A stretch of DNA of 31,402 nt from an uncultured Actinomycetes bacterium (lineage in GTDB: Bacteria; Actinomycetota; Aquicultoria; CAJVYJ01): positions 1 through 31,402 of the forward strand of contig CAJVYJ010000001.1 in assembly GCA_913009475.1 (NCBI GenBank). The letters are read 5' to 3'. A model generated the notes under the pieces. It did no database searches. It was not told the origin of the DNA and saw only the letters and a program-made list of their open reading frames with translations. Within the stretch, counting starts at the first letter, position 1. Each line of letters starts with the position of its first letter. This document shows positions 1 to 8,782 of this stretch, piece after piece. The translations under genes were made by a program, and so were the position numbers.

Positions 1-56
1 TACAGCTTGCTTTACGTGTGTGATTCTATTCTGATTTTATTGTTTTTTTTTTTTTT

Positions 57-122
57 CAAGCAGAAGACGGCATACGAGATATATCAGTGTGACTGGAGTT
101 CAGACGTGTGCTCTTCCGATCT
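57..122 (+). other. Illumina TruSeq indexed (P7) adapter, sequencing artefact
   Basis: CAAGCAGAAGACGGCATACGAGAT (57-80), index ATATCAGT (81-88) and GTGACTGGAGTTCAGACGTGTGCTCTTCCGATCT (89-122). Bases 1-56, including the poly-T, are read-through beyond the adapter. Confidence 0.99.
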
Positions 123-140
123 GGCAATGTTTTTACGCAA
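123..140 (-). CDS. aroK: Probable 5' fragment of shikimate kinase, cut by the adapter
   Basis: TTG-CGT-AAA-AAC-ATT-GCC (MRKNIA) starts 2 nt after the aroC stop, with AGGGG upstream. It resembles typical AroK N-termini and aroC-aroK is a common order, but only 6 codons are visible. Confidence 0.4.
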
Positions 141-142
141 GC

Positions 143-1297
143 TCAACCCCTAAGAGTTTCAATATATGACTGATAGTTGTTTTTAAATTCCGCCATGGAG
201 TCACCGCCAAATTTCACTTGGGTCGCCTTGGCTAATTCAATCGCCGTCATATGCTCTCCGATGACCGCCGCCGCCGGTACCGCACAAATATCGGAACGCT
301 CGCGGCCGGCCAATACCGCGGCTTTAGTTTGAATATCCACACTTTTAAGCGGTGCTCCCAGGGTGGGAATCGGTTTCATCCCCGCCCTAAGGATTAATGT
401 TTCCCCATTACTCATACCGCCTTCAATCCCACCGCCATGATTGGTCTCACGCCAATATCCGCGTTCGTTATCATAAAATATCTCATCATGGGCCTCAGAG
501 CCGGGCCGTGACGCCAAAACCATGCCGTCACCGACTTCCACCGCCTTGATGGCGGGAATACTCATCAGCGCTCTGGCTAAGTTAGCGTTCAAGCGTTCAT
601 CCCACTGGCGATAACCGCCCAGGCCAGGAACGACACCAAAGGCCAAAACCTCAAAAACCCCCCCGACCGTATCTTTCTTCTCCCTGGCCGACTCGATTGC
701 CTTAACCATAAGCGCACTGCTCTCTTTATCAAAACAACGCACCGGTGACTCATCGATAACCGATAAATCGCTAAACGTCGGTTGCAGACCGGGCCGGACA
801 TTAATCGGGCCGATGCCAACTACATGGCTGATAATACTAATATTGATTTCTTGTAAAATTCGCTTGGCGACCGCTCCCACCGCTACCCGCGCCGCTGTCT
901 CACGAGCACTGGCCCGTTCTAATATATTGCGAATATCCGATTGTCCGGTCTTTAAGATACCACTTAGATCAGCATGACCAGGCCGTGGAGCGGTTACAAG
1001 CGTAGCACCGGAGCCATCACCTTCCACCGGCATCCGCTCGCGCCAATTATCCCAATCACGATTGTTGATTTTTAAACTGATAGGGCTGCCGATAGTCTCA
1101 CCAAAGCGGACGCCGCTTAAGATCTGAACTTTATCGCGCTCGATTTTCATCCGACCACCGCGCCCAAAACCAAGCTGTCGCCGCGCCAGCTCTTTATTGA
1201 TATCATCCGGACTCAGCTTTAAACCGGCAGGCACACCTTCAATAACAGCCGTCAAAGCCGGGCCATGGGACTCTCCCGCTGTCAGAAATCTTAACAT
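143..1297 (-). CDS. aroC: Chorismate synthase
   Basis: Motifs LRFLTAGESHG, RPGHAD, LERASARETAARVAVG, GGIEGGMSNG and MKPIPTL, plus a RSD-containing C-terminal signature. ATG at 1297 is preferred; the ORF track starts at 1303. Confidence 0.97.
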   Translation of the reverse strand: MLRFLTAGESHGPALTAVIEGVPAGLKLSPDDINKELARRQLGFGRGGRMKIERDKVQILSGVRFGETIGSPISLKINNRDWDNWRERMPVEGDGSGATLVTAPRPGHADLSGILKTGQSDIRNILERASARETAARVAVGAVAKRILQEINISIISHVVGIGPINVRPGLQPTFSDLSVIDESPVRCFDKESSALMVKAIESAREKKDTVGGVFEVLAFGVVPGLGGYRQWDERLNANLARALMSIPAIKAVEVGDGMVLASRPGSEAHDEIFYDNERGYWRETNHGGGIEGGMSNGETLILRAGMKPIPTLGAPLKSVDIQTKAAVLAGRERSDICAVPAAAVIGEHMTAIELAKATQVKFGGDSMAEFKNNYQSYIETLRG

Positions 1298-1330
1298 TTG
1301 CACTCATTTCCTAGATTTAGATAATTTTCA

Positions 1331-1362
1331 ATTAATAGATCTCTTTACCGAGGTCTATTAAT
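1331..1362. terminator. AT-rich hairpin between the pilP-like gene and aroC (possible terminator or operator)
   Basis: ATTAATAGATCTC-N6-GAGGTCTATTAAT, 13-bp arms with one mismatch. There is no good U-tract on the minus strand. Confidence 0.3.
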
Positions 1363-1416
1363 AAAATATTTTATCACAGAAATGGATTAAGAGAACGATA
1401 AGAAGATGGTTGATAA

Positions 1417-2058
1417 TTATTTATAGACTTCCTGGCCGACATTGAGCGTAAATTGATCGTCGCCATATAATAATGTCACATTATCACTGCCGATCTGCTG
1501 CACCTGGTAAGGCGAACTCCCGACTTGGTCGCCGGTTTTAAGTTCATAGTCAGTACCGTCGTAATTAATAACGGCAAAGTTTATACCATCCCGGTTAACA
1601 ATATTTTTCAATAATAAAGACTTCTTAGCGGGAGCCGGTGTTGTCGTTGAATTAACGGTTCCCGACGTGTTTACAGCCGGCGGCAAACCCGGTGGCGGTG
1701 TAGCAGTAACTGTCGCCGTAGCTTCTTTAATAGCAGGCTTAAAAGGATCGCGAGTCTGATAGACTTCAAAATTACTGTTAAGATCCTCATTGTTAATACC
1801 ATCGTTAATATCGGATGTCGAACTGGTTTCCGTCTTGGCCGCAATGTTGTTGCTCTTAGCTACAACTTTTTTCGGCTGAGAATTATCGATTGCTTTAACC
1901 GTGGATTGACTATTGCCGCCTTTAAGAATAGACGTTAAGATAATAATCAATATGATTGCCAAGATACCGATTGCCGTAGCAATGGACACAATGCGACCCT
2001 GCTTGGTCTGGGAAAAGTTTTTAACTTTATCTATTAAGTTTTCTTCTTTATCTGCCAT
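1417..2058 (-). CDS. PilP-like membrane-anchored pilus assembly protein
   Basis: Single N-terminal TM helix, RDPFKP motif typical of PilP/GspC-like proteins, Pro/Thr-rich linker and small beta-rich C-terminal domain. It follows pilO. No lipobox was seen. Confidence 0.6.
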   Translation of the reverse strand: MADKEENLIDKVKNFSQTKQGRIVSIATAIGILAIILIIILTSILKGGNSQSTVKAIDNSQPKKVVAKSNNIAAKTETSSTSDINDGINNEDLNSNFEVYQTRDPFKPAIKEATATVTATPPPGLPPAVNTSGTVNSTTTPAPAKKSLLLKNIVNRDGINFAVINYDGTDYELKTGDQVGSSPYQVQQIGSDNVTLLYGDDQFTLNVGQEVYK

Positions 2059-2070
2059 GATTTCTCACTT

Positions 2071-2706
2071 TTATTTAACCTCCGCCGACGATTTATTTTG
2101 CCCCGCAGGCGCTGATTGACCCTGAGTTTCCGGCGGCTTCGGCAATGCCGTCTGTCCGGTACTGTTAAGTTTGAACGTCTTAGCCTTAATACCTACTTCA
2201 ATGGTTGGATATTCCTTCTCCGAGCTTGTAATCGTAACCCCGATTATAGATACCTTTCGCGCCATGTTTTCAAGCCGGTAAAGATAGTCTACTAAACTAT
2301 AAAATGTACCGCTGGCCTTAATATCGAATGGAATTTCCGAAAAACCGCTTTTATCAACAACGTCATTGATTTTAGCGGACTTGAAATCAAGGCCGGAGAC
2401 ATCAGCCAAGTCCTGTAATTCTACCAGCATAGACGGCACTTCGGCATCCACCGGCAGACGCCTGGTGATCTTAATCAGATTAGCCTCAATTTGCGCTGAC
2501 TCACTTTTAATGGACTTCAACCGCTGCAAATTTAATTTTGCTTGTTCCAGTTTACTTGTTTGTGCTTCTCGTTCTGCGGCCAAACTTTGAAGATGCTGAA
2601 ACTGCGGACGAATAAGCAACATAAAGACCAGAGCAACAAAAAGCGCAAAAAAACCAATTAGCGCTAATATCTGGTCTCTGGACGATAGGCGATTAAAGAA
2701 CTTCAC
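2071..2706 (-). CDS. pilO: Type IV pilus alignment protein PilO
   Basis: N-terminal TM and coiled coil, RLPVDAEVPSMLVELQDLA and G(T)FYSLVDYLYRLE patterns; follows pilN. Confidence 0.88.
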   Translation of the reverse strand: MKFFNRLSSRDQILALIGFFALFVALVFMLLIRPQFQHLQSLAAEREAQTSKLEQAKLNLQRLKSIKSESAQIEANLIKITRRLPVDAEVPSMLVELQDLADVSGLDFKSAKINDVVDKSGFSEIPFDIKASGTFYSLVDYLYRLENMARKVSIIGVTITSSEKEYPTIEVGIKAKTFKLNSTGQTALPKPPETQGQSAPAGQNKSSAEVK

Positions 2707-3359
2707 TTTGACGCTCCTACATTATTCCCAGAAGCAGGCGGGGCAGGGACTGCAGAAACGGTCTTAGCTATCTCCGGCTGCTTTATCTTAGCCGTGGTTG
2801 TAAATTTTATTTTGCCGCTGGTCTTATCTTTAAAACGTTCCGATGAGGTCAGCCAAACATCGGTTAAACTATCGACCTGTCCCAGATGAACCAACCATTT
2901 AGCGACTAACTTATAACCAATATCAGTGCTTTGGCTGGTATCGGACTCCGTCAAACCTTCAAATGTAATTACCTTGTCATCACCTTTAATCTGAGTCAAC
3001 CAAACATCATTTGGTATAATTAAACTTACGTCATTTAAAAATTTTGACCAGGCGAAATTAGAATTTGAAATTGAGGCAATCAGCTTCTTCCGCTGTTCAA
3101 GCTGGCTTTGTTTATTTTGGAAGATCTGTACTTCTTTTATGGCCGTTTCATATTTAGTGTTTTCCGCTTCCAGCTGCTGGACGACTCTGTCTCTACCGGA
3201 AATCCTGATCATATTAAAACCATAAATAACGAAGAGCAGCCCCGCAAGCACAATACCGACAAACAGAGCATAGACCAACCTATTTTCTCCCCTCCGTTTA
3301 TCTATCACTTCTTGAGGTAAGAGATTAATATTAACTCTCTTGGAGCCGTTTTCAGTCAT
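2703..3359 (-). CDS. pilN: Type IV pilus alignment protein PilN
   Basis: INLLP PilM-binding motif, TM, coiled coil and WSKFLNDVSLIIPNDVWLT core. Confidence 0.9.
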   Translation of the reverse strand: MTENGSKRVNINLLPQEVIDKRRGENRLVYALFVGIVLAGLLFVIYGFNMIRISGRDRVVQQLEAENTKYETAIKEVQIFQNKQSQLEQRKKLIASISNSNFAWSKFLNDVSLIIPNDVWLTQIKGDDKVITFEGLTESDTSQSTDIGYKLVAKWLVHLGQVDSLTDVWLTSSERFKDKTSGKIKFTTTAKIKQPEIAKTVSAVPAPPASGNNVGASK

Positions 3360-4494
3360 TATTTAATCCTTGTAACGCTAAGCCAATTGGTATCGCCATC
3401 GATGGTTCTTCGGAAACCAAGGCTTCCGCTTCCAGCTTAGGACTGATTTTTATCTTAGCAAGTGGAGTCCCCAGTTCGACTTTTGATTGTAGGCCATTCT
3501 CCAGATAATCAGTGATGTTGGTTAATCTAGCTCCGTTACCCGATAAGATAATGCGAGACACCTTCCTGACTTTAGTCGCTTGAGTTAAATAATAGTCAAG
3601 TGAGCGGCGGAGTTCAGCCACAAAGTAAGCTATCTGAGTTTCCAATACTCGCCGGACAGCATCTTCCTGGGTCCCTTCCTCAGGGTCAATAGGGTTTTCC
3701 TCTTCTTTTTGGGTTAATTTCGGCAACCCGACCTTGCGTTTTAACTCATCAGCCACCTCAAAAGAGACATTGAGCGCATCGGATATAGCTCTATTCAGGT
3801 CATCACCCGCCATAGGAGTAACACGAGCAAAACGCGGCATTCCATCTTCGACTACGACAATATTGGTCAGCCCGGAACCTATATTGATTAGCGCCGTCGC
3901 CGACTCTACCGAAGTATCGTCATCCTCAGGCAAGAAAGTATTGGTATCATCAAGAAGCGACCTGACAATCGCGAAAGCGGATAGGTCGACAACTTGCGGC
4001 CTAAGCCCAGCTTTCTCGACAGCGCTGATGGTGTTGTTGATTAAATCTTTTTGTGCCGCCACTAACAGCACTTCAATCATTTTCTCATCATTTTCGCCTA
4101 AGAATTGATTGACTATTTGCGCGTCAATAATCGCTTCATTAATTGGAATGGGGATATAGTCTTGCGCTTGAAATTGAATAGCTCCCTTAAGCTCATTTGG
4201 CTCCATAAAAGGAAGCTCGATTAAACGAACAATAACTTTTTGGCTGGCGATGCCAATCGTCACATCTTTACCTGACAAACCACTTTTTTTCCATAATTGG
4301 GTTAAGGATTGAGATACGGTCTCGACATCAATGATCTCACCCTCGACTACGGAACCGACCGGAACTTTGATTTTGGCGTAGTTGGCTAAGGTATTGGTTG
4401 CAGCGCCTGGAGTAATTTGCGCGGCCCGAAAATGGCCTGTACCTATATCTAGGCCTATTGGTGTGGCTGATCTGCCAAATGGAAAAATGCCCAA
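3352..4494 (-). CDS. pilM: Type IV pilus assembly protein PilM (actin-like)
   Basis: IGLDIG N-terminus, VLLVAA, LINIGSG, ELRRSLDYY, ILSGNGA and IPIGLAL motifs. TTG start with a GGAGGA RBS. Confidence 0.93.
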   Translation of the reverse strand: MGIFPFGRSATPIGLDIGTGHFRAAQITPGAATNTLANYAKIKVPVGSVVEGEIIDVETVSQSLTQLWKKSGLSGKDVTIGIASQKVIVRLIELPFMEPNELKGAIQFQAQDYIPIPINEAIIDAQIVNQFLGENDEKMIEVLLVAAQKDLINNTISAVEKAGLRPQVVDLSAFAIVRSLLDDTNTFLPEDDDTSVESATALINIGSGLTNIVVVEDGMPRFARVTPMAGDDLNRAISDALNVSFEVADELKRKVGLPKLTQKEEENPIDPEEGTQEDAVRRVLETQIAYFVAELRRSLDYYLTQATKVRKVSRIILSGNGARLTNITDYLENGLQSKVELGTPLAKIKISPKLEAEALVSEEPSMAIPIGLALQGLNND

Positions 4495-4644
4495 TCTTCG
4501 AATCCTCCTGTGACTTCTATTTCTTCATCTGCTACAAATATTTCTGCGCTAATTATAGTAATCAAGCTATATAAGCTGTTTAATACAGGCAAAACCAACT
4601 ATTTATGATAGCATATCTTAAATTTTATTTCATTACTTAATAGA

Positions 4645-4672
4645 TTATCGGTTAAGCGAAAGCTATCCTTTA
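4645..4672 (-). promoter_or_regulatory. Putative sigma28/WhiG-type promoter for pilMNOP
   Basis: Minus strand reads TAAAGGAT-N12-ACCGATAA, i.e. TAAA-N16-(G)CCGATAA. Spacing is the same as at the pilA and pilT sites. Confidence 0.6.
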
Positions 4673-4755
4673 GGAGCCTGTCTAAATATTCCGCTTCGTC
4701 AAAGTTATGAACGCCGTTCCTCTTTTCCCTGTCACTACACTCTTCCTTGGTTACA

Positions 4756-4783
4756 GAATTGTCAAGATTGAAGATCTGACCCC
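4756..4783 (+). repeat. 28-bp inverted repeat, left copy
   Basis: GAATTGTCAAGATTGAAGATCTGACCCC is the exact reverse complement of 8802-8829 and lies 2 nt beyond the pilD stop codon. Confidence 0.95.
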
Positions 4784-4785
4784 TT

Positions 4786-5580
4786 TTAGAGTATGAAACC
4801 GATATACCATTGAAATAGTTCATAGCCAAAAAAGAGCGTCAACATCGCTCCCAGGCTTAAATAAGGACCGAAAGGCAATAAGTCTTTGCGGCTCTTATGG
4901 AAAAAAGCCATAGATATAATACCTGCCAACGAACCCAGTAAAAAACCTATAAAGAGCGCTATGAGCACATAGCGGCCGAGAAATATACCCATAAATGCCG
5001 CTAGCTTAATATCGCCGCCGCCCATCCCACCCGGACGGACCATCGCAATAATCAATAGCAGACCGCCGCCTAAAACAAAACCGATTGCCATCTCCAAATA
5101 ACCCACGCTGCCGACAATCGGCATGGCTTGACGGCCTGCCAAACCGGCGGCAACAGCTAATATCGGCACTACGACCAGCGAGGGCAGAATAATGCGGTTA
5201 GGAATTATCTGCCGTTGCGCATCAACTACCGCGACCGTCAATAAAACTAACAGCATCAGCGCCGCAAATATGAATTTGAGGTCAACGCCGAATTTAAAAA
5301 AGGCAGCCACCAGCAATAAAGCGGTTGTTAATTCAACCAACGGATATTGCCACGATATCGGCCGGCCGCAATGGCGGCACCGTCCCCGTAACCAAAACCA
5401 ACTGAGCAGAGGGATATTATCATACCAACTTAATCCCTCACCGCACTTCGGGCAGTGAGAGCCCGGCCAGACTATCGATTCTTTACGCGGCACCCGATAG
5501 ATTATAACATTCAAGAAACTGCCGGTCGCCAAAGCAAAGGCGATAATTACTGATAATATAAAAATCAATGCCAACTCCAT
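4786..5580 (-). CDS. pilD: Prepilin peptidase / N-methyltransferase
   Basis: GSFLNVIIYRVP, SHCPKC and RCRHC Zn-binding domain, D-x-x-x-x-IIP, MGGGDIKL and PFGPYL motifs; multiple TM segments. Confidence 0.96.
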   Translation of the reverse strand: MELALIFILSVIIAFALATGSFLNVIIYRVPRKESIVWPGSHCPKCGEGLSWYDNIPLLSWFWLRGRCRHCGRPISWQYPLVELTTALLLVAAFFKFGVDLKFIFAALMLLVLLTVAVVDAQRQIIPNRIILPSLVVVPILAVAAGLAGRQAMPIVGSVGYLEMAIGFVLGGGLLLIIAMVRPGGMGGGDIKLAAFMGIFLGRYVLIALFIGFLLGSLAGIISMAFFHKSRKDLLPFGPYLSLGAMLTLFFGYELFQWYIGFIL

Positions 5581-6267
5581 CTATTTTACTCCGTTTCCGG
5601 AAAGATCAATGCCGTCCTTACCCTTATCAGCATAACGCTCTTTTTCTTTAATAATCAGGGCGGCTTTTTTGGTCTCTCCTAGTTTATTATATATTGCCGC
5701 CAGCTCATCACGAGCATTGTTAAAATTAGGCTCAAGCTTTAGGACCCGCCTGAAGGCGGCCTTGCTCTTCTCCCAGCGGCCTAATTTTTTATAAAAATAG
5801 GCAATCGCCAATTCGTACTGATAATTCTTAGGATCAAGCCGTATCGCCTTTTCCATCTTCTTAACCGCTTCTTCCCGCTTATCCATCTGATTAAAATAGA
5901 GATAGGCCTGATACGCATAGTACTGGGCTTTACCGCCATTTAAACTAACAGCCTTATCAAGCTCTTTCTTCGCCATTTTACTATTTTTTTCAGACAAGTA
6001 GATAGTTCCTAAGTTGAAATAGGCCGTGGCCGAATTAGGATTTAATTTCAATGCCTTTATAAAATTTTTCTTCGCTAAATTAAAATGACCGCTTTTTTGA
6101 TTTTTGATTCCAACGCGTAAAAACTTGTCTACCCTTATCCGACGCGACCCCTGATAACTGATAATCGCTAAAACAAACATTAAAACCAGCGACAACCCTA
6201 CTAAAGGTTTTTGTCTATTCATCGGTTTTTTCCTTTTCATCTTTAACTTATTATCCCTTAATTTCAT
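5581..6267 (-). CDS. Membrane-anchored TPR protein
   Basis: One N-terminal hydrophobic helix, then TPR-like helices (ALKLNPNSATAYFNLG, AIRLDPKNYQY, VLKLEPNFNNA). The start codon is uncertain because there are several Met residues. Confidence 0.8.
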   Translation of the reverse strand: MKLRDNKLKMKRKKPMNRQKPLVGLSLVLMFVLAIISYQGSRRIRVDKFLRVGIKNQKSGHFNLAKKNFIKALKLNPNSATAYFNLGTIYLSEKNSKMAKKELDKAVSLNGGKAQYYAYQAYLYFNQMDKREEAVKKMEKAIRLDPKNYQYELAIAYFYKKLGRWEKSKAAFRRVLKLEPNFNNARDELAAIYNKLGETKKAALIIKEKERYADKGKDGIDLSGNGVK

Positions 6268-6314
6268 TCTATTTAGGCTATTTTTACTTTAAATAATTCT
6301 CAAAATCAGCCGCT

Positions 6315-8168
6315 TCAGTTTTTACGGACCGCTTTGTCGCTAACGTAGCCGGCCGTTTTCCTCCCCATAAGCGCCTGCGTCTTAGCAATCTTGCTCTTGA
6401 CTGTTGAAGAATATTTAACTAATCTATCCGCCTGCTCAAAACTTGCCAGCGCCGCGGGTAGAGTCGGTCTATTTAGCAGCTGATTCTCGGTTAGATAAAC
6501 ATCACCCAGACCCGCGTGAGCATCCACATAATCCGGCTCAGCTTTAGTGAGACGCTTATAAGTAATCGCCGCCGCCTGAAAATCACTTACTGTTTTGTGT
6601 TTAGCCGCGTATTTTAGTTGTGACAAGCCCAAATAAAGCTGATACCTCATCTCGTAAGGATTAAAAGCCACCGCTAACTTATTTTCCTTAACTACCTTGT
6701 TCCATGTGGCTGAATCAGCCGCAATAAATCCCTCGTTAAAATGGTAGTCGGCCAATTGAACTCTAGCGATAAAAAAAATACCGGTGGAAACCGTTGCCAG
6801 AAGCAATAAAGCCGCCGATACCCTGAAGATTACCTTGGGAAATCTTATTGATATGGAACGATAATTCTTTTCGCAAAGTGCCATACCGATAGCGGCCAGA
6901 CTCCAAAAAAACGGTGATAACTCCACGGTCGAGAAATAAGCTTGGATAAATATTAAATAAGCGATAATAGACGCTGTTAAGCCCCATAATACCGCCTCTT
7001 TTTCACCGCCGGCAGCGCGCGCGCCCTTGATCAGTCCACCGACAAGCGCTATTAAAAGCGCCAGATAAGCCGCTAGGCCTAAAATCCCCATATTTGACGC
7101 TGTCTGCAGAAATTCATTATGAGCCTTATCTACCGGCCGGCCTTCCGTATCACGTACTTTCCAATCGGCGGGACGATTTAACCTGTAAGCATAGTTAAAA
7201 GTGTCGGGGCCATAGCCGAATATCGGCCGTTTGGCTAAAGACACCAGCGCCACCCGCCAGTATAATAACCGAGCTGATTCATTCATATTAATCTTATTTA
7301 TACTGGCCGACCGGAGATCGACATCTTGATTGGTTGAAGCACTGCCAACCAACACCACGGATAAAAATAGGAGTAAAGCAATAAAACCAATAATCAATAT
7401 CCTAAGATTAAGCCGGTGACGATAAACTACCAATAAAATAAAAATACCAAGGCCGACGCCAATCCAAGCGCTTTTTGTATGTGATAAATATAAGACCGGT
7501 AGAGCCAAAATCAGATTAACCGTAGCTAATATAGCTTCGGAGGAACGATAATTTTTGTTTATTATTAACGCCAGCGACACCGGTATGGTAAGAGTCAAAA
7601 AACCGCCCAAAAAACCGGGGTTGCCCCAGAGCGCCGCTAGCCGCGAACCGTCCAAGGCCAGTTCCGGAAAGAGTGAATATCCGAAAAATTCAAATACGGC
7701 GTAAACACAGACTATAATAGAAGCGAGCAACAAAATAGATAGATAATCCAGAGCTCGTTTTTGGTTAGAAAAAAGTTGATATATAAGTGTAAATAATAAC
7801 GCGTAACTTAAGAGGGCCAGTAGGCCGTCATAGCGCATAAACCAACCAAAAATCGCCGTAGTTCGGCTGACTGAAAATATCGTCGAGGCAGCGGCGGCTA
7901 AAAGATAAATAAAAATAAACAGGTGAAGCCGGGAAAGTCTTACTCTAAGAGCACCATGAATACTAGCCCCTAATAGCCAAAAAAAGACACCTATTAATAG
8001 TAACCCGAAAAAAATAGTTACTTTTATTAATGAGTAAGGTTGAAAACCCCAGGGATTAATAGCTAAGGGAATGAGTAATGTCATACCTAGGATAATAATC
8101 CGACTAACATTTGTAGAAAAAGAAAACTCATCAACCCGATCTACCGCTGCTACGACTGTTGTTGCCAA
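6315..8168 (-). CDS. O-antigen-ligase (Wzy_C) family protein with C-terminal TPR-like region; candidate pilin O-oligosaccharyltransferase
   Basis: About 12 TM segments, R-x-x-A-x-x-GNP, RLLYW, PIFGYGPDTF and KAHNEFLQ Wzy_C motifs, and a helical C-terminus. It lies directly downstream of the pilin. TTG start. Confidence 0.8.
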   Translation of the reverse strand: MATTVVAAVDRVDEFSFSTNVSRIIILGMTLLIPLAINPWGFQPYSLIKVTIFFGLLLIGVFFWLLGASIHGALRVRLSRLHLFIFIYLLAAAASTIFSVSRTTAIFGWFMRYDGLLALLSYALLFTLIYQLFSNQKRALDYLSILLLASIIVCVYAVFEFFGYSLFPELALDGSRLAALWGNPGFLGGFLTLTIPVSLALIINKNYRSSEAILATVNLILALPVLYLSHTKSAWIGVGLGIFILLVVYRHRLNLRILIIGFIALLLFLSVVLVGSASTNQDVDLRSASINKINMNESARLLYWRVALVSLAKRPIFGYGPDTFNYAYRLNRPADWKVRDTEGRPVDKAHNEFLQTASNMGILGLAAYLALLIALVGGLIKGARAAGGEKEAVLWGLTASIIAYLIFIQAYFSTVELSPFFWSLAAIGMALCEKNYRSISIRFPKVIFRVSAALLLLATVSTGIFFIARVQLADYHFNEGFIAADSATWNKVVKENKLAVAFNPYEMRYQLYLGLSQLKYAAKHKTVSDFQAAAITYKRLTKAEPDYVDAHAGLGDVYLTENQLLNRPTLPAALASFEQADRLVKYSSTVKSKIAKTQALMGRKTAGYVSDKAVRKN

Positions 8169-8294
8169 AATAACGCGACCTTTGCTGTGAATTATGGTTT
8201 AAATATCAAACTGTTTAGTTGTTGGCAGATAATATATTTCTTAAGTTATAACTATATATCGGTTTAAAGAAAAAATAGTTAAATTAAAAAAGGC

Positions 8295-8331
8295 AAAAAA
8301 ATCGACCGGCATTTAAGTGCCGGTCGATTTT
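8295..8331 (-). terminator. Intrinsic terminator after pilA
   Basis: Minus strand reads AAAATCGACCGGCA-CTTAAA-TGCCGGTCGATTTTTTT, a perfect GC-rich stem followed by a U7 tract. Confidence 0.85.
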
Positions 8332-8368
8332 AACCTAAATAACTTTAGTCTTTTTTATTAATTAGCGT

Positions 8369-8710
8369 TTAGTAAGTAGTACCCTCATCATCTTGCGCAT
8401 GAGCCGGAGCAGATGAAGTGGCAGCCACATATGTATAATCGCCGCCGCCTAACGGATCAGAAGGCATCTTTTTAATATAGGTTGGAATTAAGTCTGATAT
8501 AGCACTTGGCTCCGTATTATTGACCGATATATAAGTTTGGATGGCTCCATCCAAGGTCCTTAAGTTAGCCTGAGCGGATTTTACTTTAGCATTTTGTGAA
8601 GCATTCATAAATACGGGCACAGCAATGGCTACTAAGATACCAATAATAAGAACAACTACCATTAACTCAATTAAAGTAAAGCCTTGCTCGCCTCTGAGTG
8701 ATTTCAACAT
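8369..8710 (-). CDS. pilA: Type IV pilin, probable major pilin (113 aa prepilin)
   Basis: Class III signal MLKSLRGEQG|FTLIELMVVVLIIGILVAIAVP with Glu5. GGGAGGTG RBS lies 7 nt before ATG 8710, so the longer ORF start at 8794 is unlikely. It has its own promoter and terminator. The mature protein has no Cys. Confidence 0.92.
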   Translation of the reverse strand: MLKSLRGEQGFTLIELMVVVLIIGILVAIAVPVFMNASQNAKVKSAQANLRTLDGAIQTYISVNNTEPSAISDLIPTYIKKMPSDPLGGGDYTYVAATSSAPAHAQDDEGTTY

Positions 8711-8754
8711 TTTAATACACCTCCCTTCCATGTTGGAAATATCTCTTATGACTT

Positions 8755-8782
8755 TTATCGGCTGTTGACCGTAAAAACTTGA
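8755..8782 (-). promoter_or_regulatory. Putative sigma28/WhiG-type promoter for pilA
   Basis: Minus strand reads TCAAGTTT-N12-GCCGATAA. The -10 is a perfect sigma28 match and the -35 matches TAAAGTTT at 7/8. Confidence 0.75.

Noticed and set aside
1-56. Poly-T tract as a terminator, and poly-A at 31348-31402
   Set aside because: Both lie outside the Illumina adapters and are read-through noise.
4599-4755. c-di-GMP or other riboswitch upstream of pilM
   Set aside because: I could not find the GEMM-I or GEMM-II core motifs or a convincing fold by eye. An Infernal/Rfam scan would settle it.
4599-4829. 76-aa minus-strand ORF between pilD and pilM
   Set aside because: It overlaps the pilD 3' end, runs through the 28-bp repeat and the candidate pilM promoter, and has no RBS or recognisable motif.
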